DNA of 63,848 bases, counting the filler, from Alphaproteobacteria bacterium (GTDB lineage Bacteria; Pseudomonadota; Alphaproteobacteria; Caedimonadales; UBA9215), in the NCBI GenBank assembly GCA_024280495.1. It is 5 parts of 5 records of this genome, joined end to end, with 100 filler letters (N's around TTAATTAATTAA, not from the genome) between each part and the next. Parts side by side here need not be neighbours in the genome. Positions count along the whole stretch, not along the records: positions 61,320 to 63,848 come from JAJRPZ010000034.1; 4 more parts are not named here. One strand, given 5' to 3'. Numbering within the stretch: the first letter of the stretch is position 1; each line of letters begins with the position of its first letter. The notes under the pieces are model-generated. The model did no database searches, had not been told where the DNA came from, and saw only the letters and a program-made list of their open reading frames with translations. The translations under genes and the position numbers were made by a program. Shown one piece after another: positions 62,044 through 63,848 of the stretch.

Positions 62044-63848
62044 TTAATGCGCATCATTCCAGTTGGACCCAATGCCCCACTCTACTACCAGTGGTACATC
62101 TAGATGCACGACGGATTGCATGTGTTTTTGAATTTGAGGTGCTATCTCATCTATGATGTCTTCTTTTATTTCGAAAATAAGTTCATCGTGAACTTGCAAA
62201 AGAAGACGTACATTATCGCCAATGAGAAGGCTTTTAGTTACACCATAGGGGCCAACAATGGGACAAAAAGTGTCTGAAGTGATTATTGTTTGTTTCTTTT
62301 TTAAATTTTCTTTTTTTTCTGGCATACCCAATTGAACCCCAGCAGGCATAGTCCCCCCAAATAGGTCCATTTGTGGTTTTTTTGTCTTGGGTTCAGAGGC
62401 ATTAAACTCTAGGGCCGAAGTAGTTGGTAACAAAGTTACTGTGGGCTTTGAACTTTTATTATAATGTTCTAAAATGGGACCAAGGGAGATCATAGCGCGT
62501 TTGATGATATCAGCAGAAGCTCCTTGCAAAGGCGCATTGACAGCCTGACGTTCCGCAAAAGCACGGCGCATGGAACTGTTATCTTGAATACCCTTAATAT
62601 AACATTTTCTTCCCATCATGGTTTCCACATATCCCTGTTCTCGGGCTTTGTGTTTTTCTGATTCCATGAAACGACGAATACCAGGATATTTTTCGAAATA
62701 AGTTTCGATGTGTTGCTTTGCTTTACCCCGTGATATACCCAATTGACGGGCCAAACCAAAGGCACTTATACCATAAATAATACCAAAATTAATGGCTTTG
62801 GCAGATCGCCTGGTCCCCCCATCAACTTCTTCAAGTGGGATGCCAAAAATATCAGAGGCCGTAATGGCGTGAATGTCTTTTCCTTCCTTAAAGGCTGTTT
62901 TCAATGAATCCATGTCAGCCATATGGGCCAAGAGACGCAATTCAATTTGAGAATAGTCGAATGAAACAAGTTTATAACCTTCCTGTGCGATGAAAGCTTT
63001 GCGAATCTCACGTCCTTCATGGGTACGAACGGGAATATTTTGAAGATTGGGATCCGATGAAGATAAACGTCCAGTGGATGTTACTGTTAACCCATAAGTC
63101 GTATGAACACGTTTGGTCTCGGGAGATATTTCATTGAGCAATGCATCGGCATAGGTACTTTTAAGTTTTGCATAATGGCGCCAAGAAAGAACTTTTTCTG
63201 CTATTTCATGACCATTTGCTGCAAGTTTATCGAGGACATCCACCCCCGTTGTATAGGCACCAGTTTTACTTTTCTTGCCACCCTCTATGGCCATATCCTC
63301 AAAAAGAATTTTTCCCAATTGTTTTGGAGACCCTATATTAAAGTCACTTCCCGCAAGCTTGTGAATATCAATGACTAGTTTTTCCAGGTGAGTTTCAAAA
63401 TGAGCACTTAATTTTTGAAGCATTACAGGATCTGCTATAATTCCCTTATGTTCCATGAGTGCCAAAACCTTGACCATAGGAAGATCCAGAGTTTTATAAA
63501 CATCAAAACTTTGAGTGGCGTGAAGATCTGCCCTTAAAAGGTGAAAAAGACGCAACGTATAATCCGCATCTTCCGCTGCATAATCACAAGCCTTATCCAA
63601 AGGTACATAAGAAAAATCAAGATTTTTAGTGGGTAAATCCTTTTCAGAATAGTCTTTCTTAAGGGCCTCCATGACCTCTTTGAATTTCGACATTTCATGG
63701 CCAAATTTTGTCTCAACAAGGCTATCAAGTCCATGGCTATGCTTTGTTCCATCGGCACAATAAGACATCACCATGGTATCCTCGTAGGAGGCGATTTCAA
63801 TGCCATAGCGCAACATCATGCGCATATCATATTTCAAGTTTTGTCCCA
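62044..63848 (-). CDS. polA: DNA polymerase I, C-terminal part (runs off window)
   Basis: YAAEDAD, FNIGSPKQL, TGRLSSSDPNLQNIP, DYSQIELR, AKAINFGIIYG, NAPLQGASADI, LLQVHDEL. Confidence 0.99.
   Translation of the reverse strand, partial: GQNLKYDMRMMLRYGIEIASYEDTMVMSYCADGTKHSHGLDSLVETKFGHEMSKFKEVMEALKKDYSEKDLPTKNLDFSYVPLDKACDYAAEDADYTLRLFHLLRADLHATQSFDVYKTLDLPMVKVLALMEHKGIIADPVMLQKLSAHFETHLEKLVIDIHKLAGSDFNIGSPKQLGKILFEDMAIEGGKKSKTGAYTTGVDVLDKLAANGHEIAEKVLSWRHYAKLKSTYADALLNEISPETKRVHTTYGLTVTSTGRLSSSDPNLQNIPVRTHEGREIRKAFIAQEGYKLVSFDYSQIELRLLAHMADMDSLKTAFKEGKDIHAITASDIFGIPLEEVDGGTRRSAKAINFGIIYGISAFGLARQLGISRGKAKQHIETYFEKYPGIRRFMESEKHKAREQGYVETMMGRKCYIKGIQDNSSMRRAFAERQAVNAPLQGASADIIKRAMISLGPILEHYNKSSKPTVTLLPTTSALEFNASEPKTKKPQMDLFGGTMPAGVQLGMPEKKENLKKKQTIITSDTFCPIVGPYGVTKSLLIGDNVRLLLQVHDELIFEIKEDIIDEIAPQIQKHMQSVVHLDVPLVVEWGIGSNWNDAH

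Noticed and set aside
62206..62493. Intein or RPE as the source of the Pol I insertion
   Set aside because: No His-Asn splice junction, too short for a typical intein, and no palindrome seen in the DNA.

Overview
Draft alphaproteobacterial sequence, probably a Holosporales/Rickettsiales-like intracellular symbiont (inferred from gene order and an ATP/ADP translocase). It consists of five contigs joined by four artificial 100-nt spacers (N44-TTAATTAATTAA-N44), so adjacency across the gaps is not evidence. Contig 1 (1-21737): tuf end, the S10-spc-alpha ribosomal cluster, a lipoprotein secretin, a trypsin-like protease, a DUF4760-like gene, dapB with a palindromic element at its 3' end, a secreted class-3 lipase and partial clpX. 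Contig 2 (21838-45679): ileS-lspA-DUF3035-M16-M16-pgi-mutL, an IalB-like gene, a Sel1-repeat gene broken by an in-frame TAG, a NifU-family gene, a Bax-like gene, aldolase/LysR, psd-pssA and an RND pump. Contig 3: metal ABC genes, ydcF-like, plsC, DUF2125, ftsK, lolA and the nucleotide translocase. Contig 4: murD-ftsW-murG-murC-murB-ddl. Contig 5: a hypothetical gene and partial polA. The most notable items are a ~80-aa insertion in Pol I carrying a clamp-binding-like QMDLF motif, the interrupted Sel1-repeat protein with a possible E3-ligase-like C-terminal domain, Rickettsia-RPE-like palindromic elements, and an orphan secretin next to exported hydrolases. No rRNA, tRNA, CRISPR array or transposase was seen. 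All family calls come from motif recognition by eye; no searches were run.
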